DNA of 64,000 nucleotides from an uncultured Lachnospiraceae bacterium (GTDB lineage Bacteria; Bacillota; Clostridia; Christensenellales; UBA1242): NCBI GenBank assembly GCA_964383665.1, contig CAYLHO010000001.1, positions 166,921 to 230,920 of the forward strand, read 5' to 3'. Shown piece by piece: positions 62,004 to 64,000 of this stretch (position 1 is its first letter; each line of letters starts with the position of its first letter). The notes under the pieces were generated by a model. It saw only the letters and a program-made list of their open reading frames with translations, ran no database searches and was not told where the DNA came from. The position numbers and the translations under genes were made by a program.

Positions 62004-62032
62004 ATTATAAAGTATTTTTTTACAAAATACAA
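62004..62032 (-). promoter_or_regulatory. sigma-A promoter ending 9 nt before the Rho-like ATG (possible leaderless mRNA)
   Basis: The minus strand reads TTGTAT (62032-62027), 17 nt, TATAAT (62009-62004). The ATG is at 61994 and has no SD. Confidence 0.5.
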
Positions 62033-62089
62033 CATTTTTACATAAAAAAAAGGAAATTTGTAAAAATTTCCCTTTTAAAAAGAACTAAA

Positions 62090-62614
62090 TTATTTTGTTA
62101 CTTCAATAATTCCGTATTCCCCATTTTGACGACGATAGAGAATGTTAATTTTTCCAGTTTCGGCGTTAAGGAAAACATAGAAATCATGGTCGACTGCTTC
62201 AAGCATGAAAACTGCTTCTTCTTCTGAAACAGGCGTAAGCGAAAAACTTTTTCTCTTTGAAATTTTTGAAGGTTTTTCGTCTGGAATTTCATCCAAGAAC
62301 AAAAGTTCATCTGGAACTGCAGGAACTTTGAAATCCTTTTTCTTTCCTTTGAATTTTAAAATTTGTTTTTCAAGTTTTGGAAGCGCAACATCAAGGTTGT
62401 TATACATGTTTTCGCCTGCAACTTCTGAACGGAAAAATGCATTTTTTGTTGCAATGCTTATTTCAAGTTTAAAAAGATTTCCTTCTTTTTTGCAAACAAC
62501 TTTGCATGAAGTGTTTTTATCGAAATACTTATCAAGTTTTCCAACTTTCTTTTCGATAAGCCCTTCAAGACGCGTTCCAACGTCATAATTTTTTTCAACT
62601 ATATCAATTTTCAT
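62090..62614 (-). CDS. hpf: ribosome hibernation promoting factor (long HPF)
   Basis: MKIDIVEKNYDVGTRLEGLIEKKVGKLDKYF, plus a C-terminal dimerisation domain (FYVFLNAETGKINILYRRQNGEYGIIE). Confidence 0.9.
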   Translation of the reverse strand: MKIDIVEKNYDVGTRLEGLIEKKVGKLDKYFDKNTSCKVVCKKEGNLFKLEISIATKNAFFRSEVAGENMYNNLDVALPKLEKQILKFKGKKKDFKVPAVPDELLFLDEIPDEKPSKISKRKSFSLTPVSEEEAVFMLEAVDHDFYVFLNAETGKINILYRRQNGEYGIIEVTK

Positions 62615-62667
62615 AATCTCCCCTCCATAAAAATGATATCAAATTAAATTAAAAATCCAAAACAATT

Positions 62668-63597
62668 TTAAGCCTCACCTTTAAAAAGTGCGATTTTGTT
62701 TTTAACAAGTTCTTTAATCTCTTGTTTTGCTTCGCTAAGGAAAATTCTTGGGTCAATTTCGCTTGGGCTTGCTTTAAGGGTCTTTCTTAACGAGGCAATA
62801 AAGGTTAAACGAATGTCGGTGTCAACATTAACTTTGCAAACGTTGTGCTCTTTGCAAATTTTTGCAATGTCTTCCCTGCAAACGCCTTTTGCTCCTTTAA
62901 GTTTTCCTCCTCTTGAGTTGATTTGTTTAATAATTTTTTGCTCAACTGTTGATGCACCATGAAGAACAATTGGGAATTTGCCAATTTCCTTTTCAATTTC
63001 AGAAAGAATTTCGAATTGAAGCTTTGGTTCTCCTTTAAATTTGTAAGCCCCATGAGAAGTTCCAATTGCAACAGCAACCGAACTGACGCCTGTTGATTGA
63101 ACAAAATATTTTGCTTCAAGCGGATTTGTGTATTTTGCGTTTTTTTCGTCCACGTTAACGCTATCCTCAATTCCAGAAAGTGTTCCAATTTCGCCTTCAA
63201 CAAAAACCCCATGCTTGTTTGCATAGCGAACAACTTTTTTTGTTAGTGCAACGTTATCTTGGAAAGGAAGGCTGCTTCCGTCAATCATAACTGAATCAAA
63301 CCCGCTGTCGATTGCAAGTTTGCAAATTTCAAAGGATTTTCCATGGTCAAGATGCAAGAAAGCAGGATATTTTTTCTTTTCAGTTAACGCGTCGAACATA
63401 ACAACAGTTGCGTCAACCCCCATATATTTTAGCGCGCTTTCGCTAACCGAGCAAATAACAGGCATTGCTTTTTCTTCGGCTGCTTCCAAAATTGCTTGAA
63501 GGGTTTCAAGATTATAAAAATTAAAAGCACCAATTGCATAATGCTTTTTAATTGCCTTTTCAAAACTTGCATAAATTGTGTCCATAATTTTCCCCAT
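62668..63597 (-). CDS. fba: class II fructose-bisphosphate aldolase
   Basis: YAIGAFNFYNLE, HLDHG, EGEIG, VLHGAS. The start is either 63597 or 63585. Confidence 0.9.
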   Translation of the reverse strand: MGKIMDTIYASFEKAIKKHYAIGAFNFYNLETLQAILEAAEEKAMPVICSVSESALKYMGVDATVVMFDALTEKKKYPAFLHLDHGKSFEICKLAIDSGFDSVMIDGSSLPFQDNVALTKKVVRYANKHGVFVEGEIGTLSGIEDSVNVDEKNAKYTNPLEAKYFVQSTGVSSVAVAIGTSHGAYKFKGEPKLQFEILSEIEKEIGKFPIVLHGASTVEQKIIKQINSRGGKLKGAKGVCREDIAKICKEHNVCKVNVDTDIRLTFIASLRKTLKASPSEIDPRIFLSEAKQEIKELVKNKIALFKGEA

Positions 63598-63681
63598 TTT
63601 TCAACATAACTTTATCAAATAATCCAAAATTTGCCAAGCGATTTTGTAAGGTTGAGGCATAGAATTAGTTTGAGGAGAAAT

Positions 63682-64000
63682 ATGAAAAAATATTTAATAA
63701 TTATTGCATGCGTAACACTTGTTGCGTTCATGGTTGCGCTTTTCAGCGGGTGTAGCGCAAATTCAAGCGAGAATTGCATTTCCGATTTGCGATATGGAAT
63801 TTTTGACGGCGAATGCGAAGAATACAACGCAAGTTTTGTTTATGGAATGAGAGAAAAACCATATTATCTTGATGGAGTTTCAAACAAAAAAGTTGAATTT
63901 GGAATTATAACAGTTGTTTTTTCAAGCAAACCAGCCGACAACGAAACTGTAACCTACTCTCTTAAACTAGACAACGAAATAATTTCTGGTGAACTTGAAA
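63682..64000 (+). CDS. lipoprotein, unknown function (3' end outside the window)
   Basis: GAGGAG RBS. The translation MKKYLIIIACVTLVAFMVALFSGCSANSS has a lipobox (LFSGC). The frame is open to the window edge. This ORF is not in the supplied track. Confidence 0.6.
   Translation, partial: MKKYLIIIACVTLVAFMVALFSGCSANSSENCISDLRYGIFDGECEEYNASFVYGMREKPYYLDGVSNKKVEFGIITVVFSSKPADNETVTYSLKLDNEIISGELE

Noticed and set aside
63615-63827. 70-aa minus-strand ORF overlapping the start of the lipoprotein gene
   Set aside because: The + strand has a GAGGAG RBS, a signal peptide and a lipobox. The minus ORF has no RBS and gives an odd translation.

Overview
AT-rich chromosomal window (roughly one-third G+C by eye) from a Clostridia-like, endospore-forming anaerobic Firmicute. 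Supporting genes are spoIVB, pro-sigK, cwlD, a spoIIM-like gene, minDE, pyruvate:ferredoxin oxidoreductase, anaerobic RNR nrdDG and phosphoketolase. I support about 60 CDS, 2 tRNAs (Ser-CGA, Leu-CAG), one large and one small candidate ncRNA, several intrinsic terminators and some operator-like sites. There is no rRNA, CRISPR array, transposase or prophage. Most content is core housekeeping: ppdK, nusB-xseAB, proS, ylxM-ffh-rpsP-rimM, dnaD/dnaI-like, trxB, glmM, serS, rplI, recN, recA-cinA-pgsA-rimO-ftsK, tkt, nrdDG, PFOR, galU, hpf and fba. Main leads: (1) A ~625-nt promoter-to-terminator structured non-coding RNA sits directly upstream of a multi-pass membrane protein gene and next to argR; this fits an OLE RNA/OapA-type locus. 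(2) A 1.6-kb islet beside tRNA-Ser is bounded by perfect 35-bp direct repeats and carries a doubly frameshifted nuclease-toxin-like gene plus immunity-like genes. (3) Gene orientation flips from + to - at about 25-28.5 kb, which looks like a replication terminus. It coincides with an XerS-like single tyrosine recombinase and an adjacent dif-like imperfect palindrome. (4) Three homologues have unusual architecture: a Rho-like protein without Walker motifs, a MurF-like ligase with a polytopic membrane N-terminus, and a shikimate-kinase-like protein without a P-loop. All homology calls come from reading the translations against remembered family motifs. No searches were run, so family names are hypotheses unless the motifs are quoted.
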